A stretch of DNA of 37,081 bases from an uncultured Bacilli bacterium. GTDB lineage: Bacteria; Bacillota_I; Bacilli_A; RF39; UBA660. The position numbers were made by a program, and so were the translations under genes. Positions within the stretch are counted from its first letter, which is position 1. Every line of letters begins with the position of its first letter. The stretch is from positions 1-37,081 of the forward strand of contig CAKOIB010000002.1 of NCBI GenBank assembly GCA_934086255.1, read 5' to 3'. This document shows, piece by piece, positions 18,316-28,210 of the stretch. The notes beneath the pieces are model-generated. The model ran no database searches. It was not told the DNA's origin and saw only the letters and a program-made list of their open reading frames with translations.

Positions 18316-19017
18316 TTACAATGGTCTATGTTTAATTTTTGCAAAATCTCTTGGGTATAATTGTGATACTTTGTTTATTTTTCTTATTTTTAGTATTGTT
18401 CTTGTACTTTTTTCTACTGGTAATTTGAATTGATACATTTTTTCTAATTTAAAGTTTAGTGTTTTTAGAGCATTTTCAGATTGTAATAATTCATCTTCGA
18501 CTTTTGCTTTTAGAATTATAAAATATCCTTTTATTTTTACTAATTGCGAAGCTAATTCTAGTATTACTGGAATGCTTGCTACTGCTCGTGATGTTACTAT
18601 ATCAAATTCTTCTTTGTGTTTTTTTGAGTATTCTTCTATTCTTGCTGTTTCTACTTTTATGTTTTCTAAGTTTAATTCTTTTATTAAGTAATTTAAAAAC
18701 TTTGTTCTTTTTTCAAGTGAGTCTACCAATGTTACATCTAGTTGTGGGTATGCTATTTTTAAGACTACTCCAGGAAATCCTGCTCCACTTCCTATATCAC
18801 ATAGTTTTGTATTTTTATCTTCAATTAGCGGAGCTGCTGCTAATGAATCGTAAAAGTGTTTTAAATATACTTCTTTTTTAGCAGTTATTCCTGTTAGATT
18901 TATTTTTTTGTTTTCTTCTACTAAGATTTTGTAATACTTATTTAGTTGTTCTAGTTGTTTTTCGTTTAGGATTATATTTATTTTTTTTAATTCTAATATA
19001 AATTCTTCTTTAGTCAT
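18316..19017 (-). CDS. rsmG: 16S rRNA m7G527 methyltransferase RsmG (GidB)
   Basis: SAM-binding motif [10 protein letters not shown], with GidB family length and synteny. Confidence 0.93.
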   Translation of the reverse strand: MTKEEFILELKKINIILNEKQLEQLNKYYKILVEENKKINLTGITAKKEVYLKHFYDSLAAAPLIEDKNTKLCDIGSGAGFPGVVLKIAYPQLDVTLVDSLEKRTKFLNYLIKELNLENIKVETARIEEYSKKHKEEFDIVTSRAVASIPVILELASQLVKIKGYFIILKAKVEDELLQSENALKTLNFKLEKMYQFKLPVEKSTRTILKIRKINKVSQLYPRDFAKIKHRPL

Positions 19018-20854
19018 TTGTTTTATTTCCCCTTTTTAAATAAATCATTAGTATTGATATGTCAGCTGGATTTACACCACTTATTCTCATTGCTTGTCCA
19101 ATTGATGTTGGTTTTACCTGTTGTAGTTTTTCTCTTGCTTCTAGTGCTAAATTGCTAATTTTTCTAAAGTCTGTGTCTTCTGGTATTGCTATTTCATCGT
19201 ATTCAGTCATTTTTTTTGCTTCTCTTTCTTGTTTTTTGATGTATCCTTCATATTTTACTATTATTTGGGTTTTGTTTATTATTTCTTCTTCATAGTTGTT
19301 TTTTAAATATTTTATTAAATCTAAAATATTTATTTCTGGTCTTTTTAGTAGTTCAAATAATGATATTCTATCTTTTAATTCAATGTTTAGTTCGTTATTT
19401 GTTGGTTTTATATAACTTGTTTTTAATTCTTCGATTAGTTCTTTTATCTTTTGTTCTTTTTGTTTGTATTTTTGATATTGTTCTTCTTTTAGAAGTCCTA
19501 TTTCATGTCCTTTTTCTGATAGTCTTTGATCTGCATTATCATCTCTTAAAAGTAGTCTGTATTCTGCTCTTGATGTTAATAGACGATATGGTTCTTTTGT
19601 TCCTTTTGTTACTAAGTCATCTATTAAAACTCCGATGTAGGCTTCGTTTCTTTTTAGAATTAGTGGTTTTTTGCCTTCTAGTTTTAGGGATGCATTTATT
19701 CCTGCGATTAGACCTTGACATGCTGCTTCTTCATATCCAGATGTTCCATTTATTTGTCCCGCAGTAAATAGATTTTCTATTATTTTTGTTTCTAATGATT
19801 GTTTTAATTGAGTTGGATCTATTGCATCGTATTCTATTGCATAAGCATATTTCAATATTTTTGCATTTTCTAATCCTGGTAATGAATGAACCATTTGTTC
19901 TTGAATGTCTTCTGGCATACTTGTTGAAAAACCTTGAATGTATATATCATCATAATATAGGCTTTCAGGTTCTAAAAATAGTTGGTGTCTTTCTTTGTCA
20001 TTAAATCTTACTATTTTGTCTTCGATTGATGGACAGTATCTTGGTCCTACTCCTTCGACGTATCCGCCATACATACTAGATTTTTGTAAGTTTTCATTTA
20101 TTATCCTATGGGTGTCTGGTGTTGTATAGATTAAATAGCATTTTTCTTGGTTTTCTATATCATATTTTACTTCATTCATATAGGAAAATGTTAATGGATA
20201 GTTGTCTCCTTTTTGTTCTAATCCTTTTGTAAAGTCTATTGTGTCTTTTTTGATTCTTGGTGGGGTTCCTGTTTTTAGTCTTTGAATTGTAAAACCTAGT
20301 TCTTTTAGTTTATCACTTAGATGAAGTGATGGTTCTTCTCCATGAGGTCCTCCAGAATGTTTTTTATCTCCGCGTAGAATCATTCCTTTTAAATATGTTC
20401 CTGTTGTTAGTATTACTGCGTCTGCATATATTTTTTCATCATTTTTTGTTATGACTCCTTTTATAGTATTGTTTTCTACAATTAGGTCTTCTACTATGTC
20501 TTCTTTTATTTCTAGATTTTTTTCATTTTGTAATGTTTTTAACATTTCTTGTGGATAAATTGTTTTGTCTATTTGAGCTCTTAGTGCTTGAACTGCTGGT
20601 CCTTTTTTTGTATTTAATTTTTTTATTTGAAGAATAGATTTGTCTGTGTTTTTACCCATTTCTCCACCAAGGGCGTCTATTTCTCTTACTACTACTCCTT
20701 TGGCTGGTCCTCCGATTGAAGGATTACAAGGTGTGTCTGCTATGTTTTTAATGTTTCCTGTTATTAAAAGTGTTTTATGACCTTTTCTGGATGCTGCTAA
20801 TGCTGCTTCACATCCGGCGTGTCCTCCTCCTACTACGATTATTTCATACTTCAT
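19010..20854 (-). CDS. mnmG: tRNA uridine-5-carboxymethylaminomethyl modification enzyme MnmG (GidA)
   Basis: N-terminal FAD-binding motif [12 protein letters not shown], with GidA sequence throughout. Confidence 0.97.
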   Translation of the reverse strand: MKYEIIVVGGGHAGCEAALAASRKGHKTLLITGNIKNIADTPCNPSIGGPAKGVVVREIDALGGEMGKNTDKSILQIKKLNTKKGPAVQALRAQIDKTIYPQEMLKTLQNEKNLEIKEDIVEDLIVENNTIKGVITKNDEKIYADAVILTTGTYLKGMILRGDKKHSGGPHGEEPSLHLSDKLKELGFTIQRLKTGTPPRIKKDTIDFTKGLEQKGDNYPLTFSYMNEVKYDIENQEKCYLIYTTPDTHRIINENLQKSSMYGGYVEGVGPRYCPSIEDKIVRFNDKERHQLFLEPESLYYDDIYIQGFSTSMPEDIQEQMVHSLPGLENAKILKYAYAIEYDAIDPTQLKQSLETKIIENLFTAGQINGTSGYEEAACQGLIAGINASLKLEGKKPLILKRNEAYIGVLIDDLVTKGTKEPYRLLTSRAEYRLLLRDDNADQRLSEKGHEIGLLKEEQYQKYKQKEQKIKELIEELKTSYIKPTNNELNIELKDRISLFELLKRPEINILDLIKYLKNNYEEEIINKTQIIVKYEGYIKKQEREAKKMTEYDEIAIPEDTDFRKISNLALEAREKLQQVKPTSIGQAMRISGVNPADISILMIYLKRGNKTND

Positions 20855-20861
20855 ATTATCC

Positions 20862-22214
20862 CTACTTTCCTACACAGAATTTACTAAATAAATTATCTAG
20901 TAATTCTTCTTGATATGTTTCTCCTATTACTTCTCCTAGAGTATCCCAAATATATTTTAAATCTATTTCTATAATATCTATTGGTAAATTATTTTCTATA
21001 TTTTGTCTTATATTTTCTATAGAGTTTTTAGCTTCTTCAACTTTTCTTAATTGATTTATGTTTGATACATAGTTGTAATCTTTTGTTTCTATTTTGTCTA
21101 GGTTAAACATTTCTTTTATCTTTTCTTTTAATTCTTTTATACCATCATCATTTAATGTATTTGTTGTAACTATTTCTTCTTGTTTTAACTCATTTATATC
21201 TATTTTCTTTTCTAAATCATTTTTATTTATAATTATTATTCTTTTTTTATTCTTAGATAGTTCTAATAACTCTTTATCTTCTTTTTGAAGTTGTTCATTG
21301 TTATTTAGTACTAGTAAAACTAAATCTGATGTTTCTACTGCTTGTTTTGATCTTTCTACCCCGATTTGTTCTACTTTGTCTTTTGTTTGTCTTATTCCAG
21401 CAGTGTCTATTAGATTAAGTGCTATGCCATCTAGTGTTATTGATTCTTCTACTATGTCTCTGGTTGTTCCTGCGATTTCTGTTACTATTGCTTTGTTATA
21501 ACCAGAAAACATATTTAAAATACTGCTTTTTCCTACATTTGGTCTTCCTATTATTGCGACATTTATTCCGTCTTTAATTATTTTGCTATTTTTAGAGTTT
21601 TCTATTATTTTATCTAGTTCGTCTTTAATATTGTCTAATTCATTTTTTATTTTTTCTACTGTCATTTCTTCAATATCTTGGTATTCTGGATAGTCTATGT
21701 TAACTTCGATGTTTGCTAATATATCAGATAGTTTTTTTCTTAGGTTTCTTATTTTTTTTGTTGTGTTTCCTTTTAAATTATTTATTGCTATTTGTCTTGC
21801 TGTATCACTTTTTACATTTATTAAGTCCATTACTGCTTCTGCTTGAGTTAAGTCTATTCTTCCATTTAAGAATGCTCTTTTTGTGAATTCTCCTGGTTCT
21901 GCTAAACGAATATTTTGTTTTAATAGTAATTCTAATACTTTTTTAGTTGTTGCTATTCCACCATGACAGTTTATTTCTACTATGTCTTCTCTTGTGAATG
22001 TTTTGGGTGCTTTCATTATTGTTACTAGTACTTCATCTATTGTTTGGTTATTGTCTTCAATATATGTATAAGTTATTGTGTGACTTTCTTTTTCTAGAAT
22101 GTTTGCTTTAGTAATTTTATTTACTTCTTTTATTGCCTCTAATCCTGAGACTCTTATTATTGAAATTGCTCCGACTCCTAGTGTTGTAGATATTGCTGCG
22201 ATTGTATCGTTCAT
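20862..22214 (-). CDS. mnmE: tRNA modification GTPase MnmE (TrmE)
   Basis: G-domain motifs GRPNVGKSS and DTAG, with the C-terminal FCVGK motif. Confidence 0.97.
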   Translation of the reverse strand: MNDTIAAISTTLGVGAISIIRVSGLEAIKEVNKITKANILEKESHTITYTYIEDNNQTIDEVLVTIMKAPKTFTREDIVEINCHGGIATTKKVLELLLKQNIRLAEPGEFTKRAFLNGRIDLTQAEAVMDLINVKSDTARQIAINNLKGNTTKKIRNLRKKLSDILANIEVNIDYPEYQDIEEMTVEKIKNELDNIKDELDKIIENSKNSKIIKDGINVAIIGRPNVGKSSILNMFSGYNKAIVTEIAGTTRDIVEESITLDGIALNLIDTAGIRQTKDKVEQIGVERSKQAVETSDLVLLVLNNNEQLQKEDKELLELSKNKKRIIIINKNDLEKKIDINELKQEEIVTTNTLNDDGIKELKEKIKEMFNLDKIETKDYNYVSNINQLRKVEEAKNSIENIRQNIENNLPIDIIEIDLKYIWDTLGEVIGETYQEELLDNLFSKFCVGK

Positions 22215-22357
22215 TTTACCACCTCTTTTTTACGCATTGTATTATACCATATTTTTTATAATATATCACATTTTTCGTATTTTTTTGTGCAATTTATGTT
22301 TTTTTTACATTTTTTAGTTTGAGTATTTAGTTTTTTATTTTATTTTTATATATAAGA

Positions 22358-22366
22358 TGGTATAAT
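22358..22366 (+). promoter_or_regulatory. extended -10 promoter element for the PIG-L gene
   Basis: TGGTATAAT (TGnTATAAT) lies 31 nt upstream of the start codon. A mirror TGGTATAAT on the minus strand at 22241-22249 probably serves mnmE. Confidence 0.4.
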
Positions 22367-22396
22367 TGGTAAGTGAAAGTGTTTTCGGGTGATTAA

Positions 22397-23092
22397 ATGA
22401 AGTATTTTAGATTTATTATTATATTGATAGTTTGTATTATTTTTGGTACTTTAATTTATTATTTTAATTTTTATCATAATTTGGATAAAGATTTGAAAAA
22501 GATTGATTTTAGTAAATATAATAAATTAATGATTGTTGCGCATCCTGATGATGAAACTTTATGGGGTGGGGGACATCTTATTGATGGCGATTATGTTGTT
22601 GTTTGTGTTACTTGTGGTAAGAATAAGGTTCGTTTGAATGAAATAAAACGTGTTTTGAATAGAACTGATGATGAATTAATTGCACTTTGGTATCCGGATA
22701 AGACAAAAGGAAAAAGAGATAATTGGAAGCTTTGTTATAATGATATAGAAAATGATTTAGATAAAATTATTAAAGCTTATGACTGGAAGGTTATTGTTAC
22801 TCATAATCCTAAAGGAGAGTATGGACATATGCATCATAAGAAAATTAATAAAATGGTTACTAATATATATGATCGTGGAAATGTAGAAGGGGAGTTGTTT
22901 TATTTTGGAAAATATTATACTAAGAGTAAAGTTACAGAACTAAGAACTAATCAAACTAAATATAATCCAAATTCTATTAACGAAAAGAGAAAACTTATTA
23001 AAATGTATCATTCACAAGGTTTTATTAAAAAGATGTTTAATCATATGACTGAGTATGAAGATTGGCAAAAGTATGAAAAAAAAGGAGACTAG
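22397..23092 (+). CDS. PIG-L/LmbE-family deacetylase with an N-terminal TM anchor
   Basis: Has the AHPDDETLWGGG motif and a downstream HMHH metal-site-like motif. N-terminal hydrophobic helix. GGGTGA RBS. Confidence 0.8.
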   Translation: MKYFRFIIILIVCIIFGTLIYYFNFYHNLDKDLKKIDFSKYNKLMIVAHPDDETLWGGGHLIDGDYVVVCVTCGKNKVRLNEIKRVLNRTDDELIALWYPDKTKGKRDNWKLCYNDIENDLDKIIKAYDWKVIVTHNPKGEYGHMHHKKINKMVTNIYDRGNVEGELFYFGKYYTKSKVTELRTNQTKYNPNSINEKRKLIKMYHSQGFIKKMFNHMTEYEDWQKYEKKGD

Positions 23093-23096
23093 TTTT

Positions 23097-23705
23097 TTAG
23101 TCTTCTTTTGGTTTTATTACAACGTATCTATTTGGTTCTTCACCTTCGCTTTGTGTTATTACATCTTTTGAGTTTGTTAATACGTTGTGAATTATTCTTC
23201 TTTCATATGAATTCATTGGTTCTAAACTAACTGGTTGTTTAGATTTTGCTACGTCTTTTGCTGTGTATTTAGCAAGTTTTTCTAGTCTTGATTTTCTTTG
23301 ATTTTTATAATCATTTACGTCTACAGTAAATTTGTAGAATGTATTATATTTTGTTGAAACCATTTGACTTGCTAGTGTTTGTAAAGCATCAATAGTTTTT
23401 CCATTTTTACCAATTAAAACTGATGATGTTGCTGATATTATGTTATAGATTAATTGTGTATCTCGTGTTTTTGTTTCAATATTACAATCGAAGCCCATAT
23501 CTTTTACTGTTTTGTATAAAAAGTCTTTTATTTCTTTATTTAGTTCTGACTTTGTTATAGCAATTATTTCTACTTTTTTATTAAATAGTGTTTTTTTTGC
23601 TTCTTTTTCTATTATTATTACTTCATCTTGTTTAGCATTTAAATCTATTAAAGCATTAGATATTGCTTCTTCTTTTGTTTTTCCTGTATATATTTTATTT
23701 TCCAT
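23097..23705 (-). CDS. jag: Jag/KhpB RNA-binding protein (Jag_N, KH, R3H)
   Basis: GK.GKTIDALQ KH-like segment and the R3H motif (LEPMNSYERRIIH). Lies downstream of yidC. Confidence 0.9.
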   Translation of the reverse strand: MENKIYTGKTKEEAISNALIDLNAKQDEVIIIEKEAKKTLFNKKVEIIAITKSELNKEIKDFLYKTVKDMGFDCNIETKTRDTQLIYNIISATSSVLIGKNGKTIDALQTLASQMVSTKYNTFYKFTVDVNDYKNQRKSRLEKLAKYTAKDVAKSKQPVSLEPMNSYERRIIHNVLTNSKDVITQSEGEEPNRYVVIKPKED

Positions 23706-24624
23706 TTTTAATGCTCCTGTTAACTAGTTTGTTTTGGATTATTGTAAATAATGATGATGTAATCCAATAAAATGCTATTGCAGTTGGTAGTGTAAATGCC
23801 ATAAATCCTATGAATATGGTCATAAAGTTCATCATCATGTTCATTTGGTTTGCCATTGCGTTGTCTTGTTCTTTCATTTGTTTGTTGTTTTTATATGAGA
23901 AATATGTTGTTATAACAATTAGTGCTGGTATTATTATGTAGTACCAATTTCCATTTGTTATGGCAGTCCATGGTGTTATTCCCATGTTTATTCCTATGAA
24001 TGTTTCTTCATATATTGCAGGTACTCTTTGAATTGCTTCCCAGAATGCTAATAGAATAGGTAATTGTAAGAAAGCAAATATGCATCCTGACATTGGATTT
24101 ATGTTGTATTTTTTATATATTGCTAGCATTTCTTGACCTTTTTTATTCATTGATTCAGGATCTGTTTTATTTTCATATTTTTTTTCTAACTTAGTTAATT
24201 CTGGTTGAGCTTTTTTCATCATTTCAGATTGTATAGCAGTTTTTTTAGTTACTGGGTATAGGATTCCTCTTAATATAAGAGTTATTATTACTAATGATAT
24301 TGCTATACTGCCTACTATTTTACTTAGATTGATTATTATAAATGCTAATGGTCTTACGAATATGGTATTCCATAAGCCTTCATAATCTCCAGATATTTTT
24401 AAATTGTTACAATCTGGTAATTTTGATATATCTTTTTTGTTTTCTTCATATAGTTTTATTAATTCTTTATCTGTTGGTTTACATACTATGTTTTCTGTTA
24501 CATTTTGACCAGTTTTTTCATATTTTACTGGTTTGTTATCACTGTCTGTTAATGTTTTTGTACAACCAGATAGTGTTATTATTAATAAAAAGACAGTTAA
24601 TATTTTAGCTATTTTATTTTTCAT
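23695..24624 (-). CDS. yidC: membrane protein insertase YidC/SpoIIIJ (lipoprotein type)
   Basis: Lipobox LSGC, the YidC/Oxa1 core (KYNINPMSGCIFAFLQLPI) and rnpA-yidC-jag synteny. Confidence 0.93.
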   Translation of the reverse strand: MKNKIAKILTVFLLIITLSGCTKTLTDSDNKPVKYEKTGQNVTENIVCKPTDKELIKLYEENKKDISKLPDCNNLKISGDYEGLWNTIFVRPLAFIIINLSKIVGSIAISLVIITLILRGILYPVTKKTAIQSEMMKKAQPELTKLEKKYENKTDPESMNKKGQEMLAIYKKYNINPMSGCIFAFLQLPILLAFWEAIQRVPAIYEETFIGINMGITPWTAITNGNWYYIIIPALIVITTYFSYKNNKQMKEQDNAMANQMNMMMNFMTIFIGFMAFTLPTAIAFYWITSSLFTIIQNKLVNRSIKNGK

Positions 24625-24952
24625 ATTGTTCTCCTTTTTTAAAAATAGAAATTAGTTGTTTTTCCATTTCTTGATAAGTAATGTCAACAGCATCTTTCTT
24701 TATAATAATTATATATTTTTTATTATCTTGGTAAATATTTTTATTATTATCTATTATTGATTTAGTTCTACGTTTTAATTTGTTTCTTGTTACGGCGTTT
24801 CCTATGTGTTTTACAAATGTTATACCAAATTTTGGAATATTAGAATCGTTGTTTTCTATATTTAGTATAAAGTATTTGTTTGAAACACCATTTCTTTTTT
24901 TTATTATTGAACTAAATTCATCTGATTTTTTGATGATATTAATTTTTTTCAT
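24614..24952 (-). CDS. rnpA: ribonuclease P protein component
   Basis: A basic 112-aa protein with the RNR-like motif (GNAVTRNKLKRR). Lies downstream of rpmH. Confidence 0.93.
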   Translation of the reverse strand: MKKINIIKKSDEFSSIIKKRNGVSNKYFILNIENNDSNIPKFGITFVKHIGNAVTRNKLKRRTKSIIDNNKNIYQDNKKYIIIIKKDAVDITYQEMEKQLISIFKKGEQYEK

Positions 24953-24995
24953 ATTTACCCCCTTATAAGGAAAAAACCACTTTTTCTAGTGGATA

Positions 24996-25121
24996 TTATT
25001 TTGATAATTTTTTTCTGCCTTTTCTTCTTCTGCTGTTAATTATTCCTGATTTCATACGTGAGAAAAAACCGTGTTTCTTTTTCATTCTACGCTTATTAGG
25101 TTGATATGTTCCTTTTTTCAC
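24996..25121 (-). CDS. rpmH: 50S ribosomal protein L34 (GTG start; too short for the ORF track)
   Basis: Manual translation gives (M)KKGTYQPNKRRMKKKHGFFSRMKSGIINSRRRKGRKKLSK, 41 aa. There is a GGAGGTG RBS 6 nt upstream of the GTG. Confidence 0.9.
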   Translation of the reverse strand: MKKGTYQPNKRRMKKKHGFFSRMKSGIINSRRRKGRKKLSK

Positions 25122-25150
25122 TTCTTGCACCTCCAAACTTATTCGCTATT

Positions 25151-25180
25151 ATTATAAGAAAAAAATAGACTAGTTGTCAA
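25151..25180 (-). promoter_or_regulatory. rpmH promoter
   Basis: The minus strand reads TTGACA (25180-25175), an 18-nt spacer, then TATAAT (25156-25151). Confidence 0.5.
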
Positions 25181-25218
25181 TGTTTTTTTTGAAATTAACA
25201 GTTTCAACGTTAATTAAC

Positions 25219-25343
25219 AGTTAATAATTGTTTCATTGTTAATTTGTTAATAAAAAAATTGTTGAAATTTGTTGAAAATTAATTTATTATATATAAACAA
25301 AGGAAATTGTATGTTAATAAGTCTGTTAATAACTTGTTAATAA
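25219..25343. promoter_or_regulatory. oriC left module: cluster of DnaA-box-like 9-mers between rpmH and dnaA
   Basis: TGTTAATAA (the reverse complement of TTATTAACA; canonical box is TTATCCACA) occurs exactly at 25245, 25312, 25324 and 25335, the last three spaced 11-12 bp apart. Near-variants occur at 25219, 25237, 25260 and 25270. All are in one orientation. Confidence 0.7.
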
Positions 25344-25426
25344 CTTTTTTGCTATTTTATTTTTTAACAATTTGTATTACAATGTAATTAGATGCAAATA
25401 CTTTATGATGGGGGAGAGTGGTTTCG

Positions 25427-26797
25427 ATGGACAATAATTCTTTATGGAAAAAAGTTTTAGATGAAATTAGTGTTAATTTAGATTCAATGTCTTTTGAAAC
25501 CTGGTTTAACGGAATTGATTTCTTTGATATAAATGAAAATAATATACGTTTGGTTGTTCCTATTATGTTTTATAAGAATCATATTGATGAACATTATAAA
25601 CAATTGATATTAGATAGTTTTAATAAGTTATTAACAAAACCTGTTGATAACATAGTTTATATTTTACAAAAAGATTTAAATAATTTTTTAGAAGTTGAGA
25701 AAAAGGAAACAGAACCAGTTAAAGTTAATGATTTTAATTCTTATAGTAATTTTAATTCTAATTTAAAAAGTAATTATACTTTTGAAAGTTTTGTAGTTGG
25801 AGAATCTAATAAGTTTGCACAAGCTGCTGCTTTAGCTGTTGCTGAAAATCCTGGTACTATGTATAACCCACTTTTTATTTATGGTAATAGTGGTCTTGGT
25901 AAAACTCATTTAATGCATGCTATTGGTAATTTTATTGTTAATAAGCACAAACTTAGAGTTTTATATGTAACTTGTGATAATTTTATGAATGATTTTGTAG
26001 GATTGTCTAGAAATAATCAGCAGCATATGAATAATTTAGATTATATTGAGTTTTTTAAAAATAAGTATAGAAATATAGATGTTTTGATTATTGATGATAT
26101 TCAATTTTTAGGTGGGGCAGAAAAGTCTCAACAGGAGTTCTTTCATACTTTTAACAACTTGTATAATGATAGTAAGCAAATTATTGTTTCTTCTGATAGA
26201 TCTCCTGAAGATTTAAAGTTTCTAGAAGATCGTTTAAAAACTAGATTTTGTTGGGGATTACAGGTTGATATTGATCCTCCGGATACTTCTCTTAAGGTTG
26301 CAATTATAAAGAAGAAAATTCGGGGAGAAAATATATTACTTAATGATGATGTGGTTAATTATATTGCTTCAAATGTTGGAAATGATGTTAGACAGCTTGA
26401 AGGATCGATAAATAGATTGGTTGCTTACTCTGCTATTATGAATGAAAGTAATATTACAGTTGATTTTGCGATGGAGGCATTGAAAGATTTTACTAAAAAA
26501 CAAGTTACTGATAGTAATAATATAAGGAGAATTCAAAAAGAAGTGGCTAATTTTTATAAGATTTCTTATGAGGATATGAAGTCTAAAAAGAGAACTCCTA
26601 GTCTTGCTATTCCAAGACAGGTTGCTATGTATTTGTGTAGAAAACTAACTGATGAATCATATGAAAGAATTGGTATTGAGTTTTCTGGTAAGAATCATGC
26701 TACTGTAATACATGCATGCAATAAGATAGCAGGTGAAATGAAAACTAATAGTAATTTAAAGAGTGCTATTGATGATATTGAAAAGCAATTAACATAA
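25427..26797 (+). CDS. dnaA: chromosomal replication initiator protein DnaA
   Basis: AAA+ Walker A motif GNSGLGKTHL, box VII, and the domain IV DNA-binding region (IPRQVAMYLCR...GGKNHATVIHA). The start is ATG 25427 (RBS GGGGGAG), or alternatively GTG 25418. Confidence 0.97.
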   Translation: MDNNSLWKKVLDEISVNLDSMSFETWFNGIDFFDINENNIRLVVPIMFYKNHIDEHYKQLILDSFNKLLTKPVDNIVYILQKDLNNFLEVEKKETEPVKVNDFNSYSNFNSNLKSNYTFESFVVGESNKFAQAAALAVAENPGTMYNPLFIYGNSGLGKTHLMHAIGNFIVNKHKLRVLYVTCDNFMNDFVGLSRNNQQHMNNLDYIEFFKNKYRNIDVLIIDDIQFLGGAEKSQQEFFHTFNNLYNDSKQIIVSSDRSPEDLKFLEDRLKTRFCWGLQVDIDPPDTSLKVAIIKKKIRGENILLNDDVVNYIASNVGNDVRQLEGSINRLVAYSAIMNESNITVDFAMEALKDFTKKQVTDSNNIRRIQKEVANFYKISYEDMKSKKRTPSLAIPRQVAMYLCRKLTDESYERIGIEFSGKNHATVIHACNKIAGEMKTNSNLKSAIDDIEKQLT

Positions 26798-26800
26798 TGA

Positions 26801-26900
26801 TGTTAGTAAATGTTAATAAATATCCAACTTATTAACATAATAAAATTAGTTTAAACTGTTTATAGATAAGGAAATTGATGACTTATTAACAATATTAACA
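26801..26900. promoter_or_regulatory. oriC right module: DnaA-box-like 9-mers between dnaA and dnaN, followed by an AT-rich tract
   Basis: TGTTAATAA at 26811 (variant TGTTAGTAA at 26801). TTATTAACA at 26829 and 26883, and ATATTAACA at 26892. The very AT-rich stretch 26900-26940 that follows is a candidate unwinding element. Confidence 0.6.
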
Positions 26901-26947
26901 GTAATAATATAAATAATAAATATATTAAAAGAAAGAAGGAATGAAAT

Positions 26948-28066
26948 ATGAAATTTAGAATTAAAAAAAATGTTTTACTTGAAGCACTTAATAATGTTTC
27001 AAAAGCTTTATCAAATAAGAATATTATACCAATACTATCAGGAATAAAATTTGAACTTTTTGATGATAGACTAGTTCTTACAGCATCTGATAATGATATA
27101 ACCATTCAATCAATTATTGAGAAAAGTGATGATATTGATATTGTTAATACTGGTAGTATTGTTATAAAAGGTAAATATATATTAGACATAATAAGAAAAT
27201 TAGAAGATAAATTTATTAATGTTGAACTTTTTGATGATTATAAGATAATGATTTATACTGAAAATAGTGAGTTTAGTTTAAATGGTATTGATATTAAGGA
27301 ATATCCTCAGATAGATTTATCATTTTCTTCTGATGTTATTAGTTTGCCTGTTAATGAACTTAAGAATATGATTGCTCAAACTAATTATGCTACTAGTATG
27401 GATGAAGCTAGAGTAGTGTTAACTGGTGTTAATATAAAAATAAATGATAAATTATTAGAATGTAGTGCAACTGATTCTTATAGATTAGCTCTTAAGAAGA
27501 TTATTTTATCTGATAGTTTTGAAAAATTGGTAGATATTATTATACCAAGTAAAAATTTGGGTGAATTATTTAAAATTTTACCTAGCGATTTTGATGGTAA
27601 TGTTAATATGTATATATATAATAGTAAAATTATATTCGGTTTTGAAAATATTATTTTTCAATCTAGGTTAATTAGTGGTAATTATCCTAATACAAAGAAT
27701 TTAATTCCAAATGATAGTTTATTTGATTTAAGAGTCAATAGAAGTGAGTTTTATAATATGGTTGATCGTGCTAGTATACTTAATAATGATAAAGATAATA
27801 ATATTATTACTTTAGAAATTAACGATAATTTGTTAAAAATTACTTCAATGTCTTTAGAAATTGGTAAAGTTGAAGAAAAAATGAGTATTAATTGCTCTGA
27901 TAATATAAAAATTTCTTTTAGTAGTAAATATATGATGGAGGCTTTATCAAAAGTTAAGGGTGATGAAGTTATACTTACTTTTGTTGGTGAAGTAAAACCA
28001 ATTTTATTAAAAGAAGCAAATGATGATAGTTTAATTTCTTTAATTTTACCTATTAGAACTTATTAA
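26948..28066 (+). CDS. dnaN: DNA polymerase III beta sliding clamp
   Basis: Typical length and a three-domain beta-clamp sequence (MKF.I.K..L...L..V, C-terminal LPIRTY-like end). dnaA-dnaN synteny. Confidence 0.97.
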   Translation: MKFRIKKNVLLEALNNVSKALSNKNIIPILSGIKFELFDDRLVLTASDNDITIQSIIEKSDDIDIVNTGSIVIKGKYILDIIRKLEDKFINVELFDDYKIMIYTENSEFSLNGIDIKEYPQIDLSFSSDVISLPVNELKNMIAQTNYATSMDEARVVLTGVNIKINDKLLECSATDSYRLALKKIILSDSFEKLVDIIIPSKNLGELFKILPSDFDGNVNMYIYNSKIIFGFENIIFQSRLISGNYPNTKNLIPNDSLFDLRVNRSEFYNMVDRASILNNDKDNNIITLEINDNLLKITSMSLEIGKVEEKMSINCSDNIKISFSSKYMMEALSKVKGDEVILTFVGEVKPILLKEANDDSLISLILPIRTY

Positions 28067-28078
28067 AAATTAAAAATT

Positions 28079-28100
28079 GACCAAAATTTGGTCTTTTTTT
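28079..28100 (+). terminator. intrinsic terminator after dnaN
   Basis: GACCAAAATTTGGTC hairpin followed by T7. Confidence 0.6.
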
Positions 28101-28116
28101 AATTTTTTTAGTATTT

Positions 28117-28143
28117 TTCGACAATTTTCGATAAAATTCGACA
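28117..28143 (+). promoter_or_regulatory. three direct TTCGAYA repeats phased at exactly 10 bp, upstream of the ComK-family gene
   Basis: TTCGACA at 28117, TTCGATA at 28127 and TTCGACA at 28137, each preceded by a T/A run. The binding factor is unknown. Confidence 0.35.
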
Positions 28144-28210
28144 TCTTCATATGGTAGGGTATTGGTCAATATATTTTTATATATTAATTTTTGTGTATGG
28201 GGGTGATTTT

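Noticed and set aside
26860-27105. An 81-aa minus-strand ORF spanning the dnaA-dnaN spacer and the dnaN 5' end.
   Set aside because: It overlaps the oriC box cluster and the dnaN start in antisense. It is low-complexity with no RBS.
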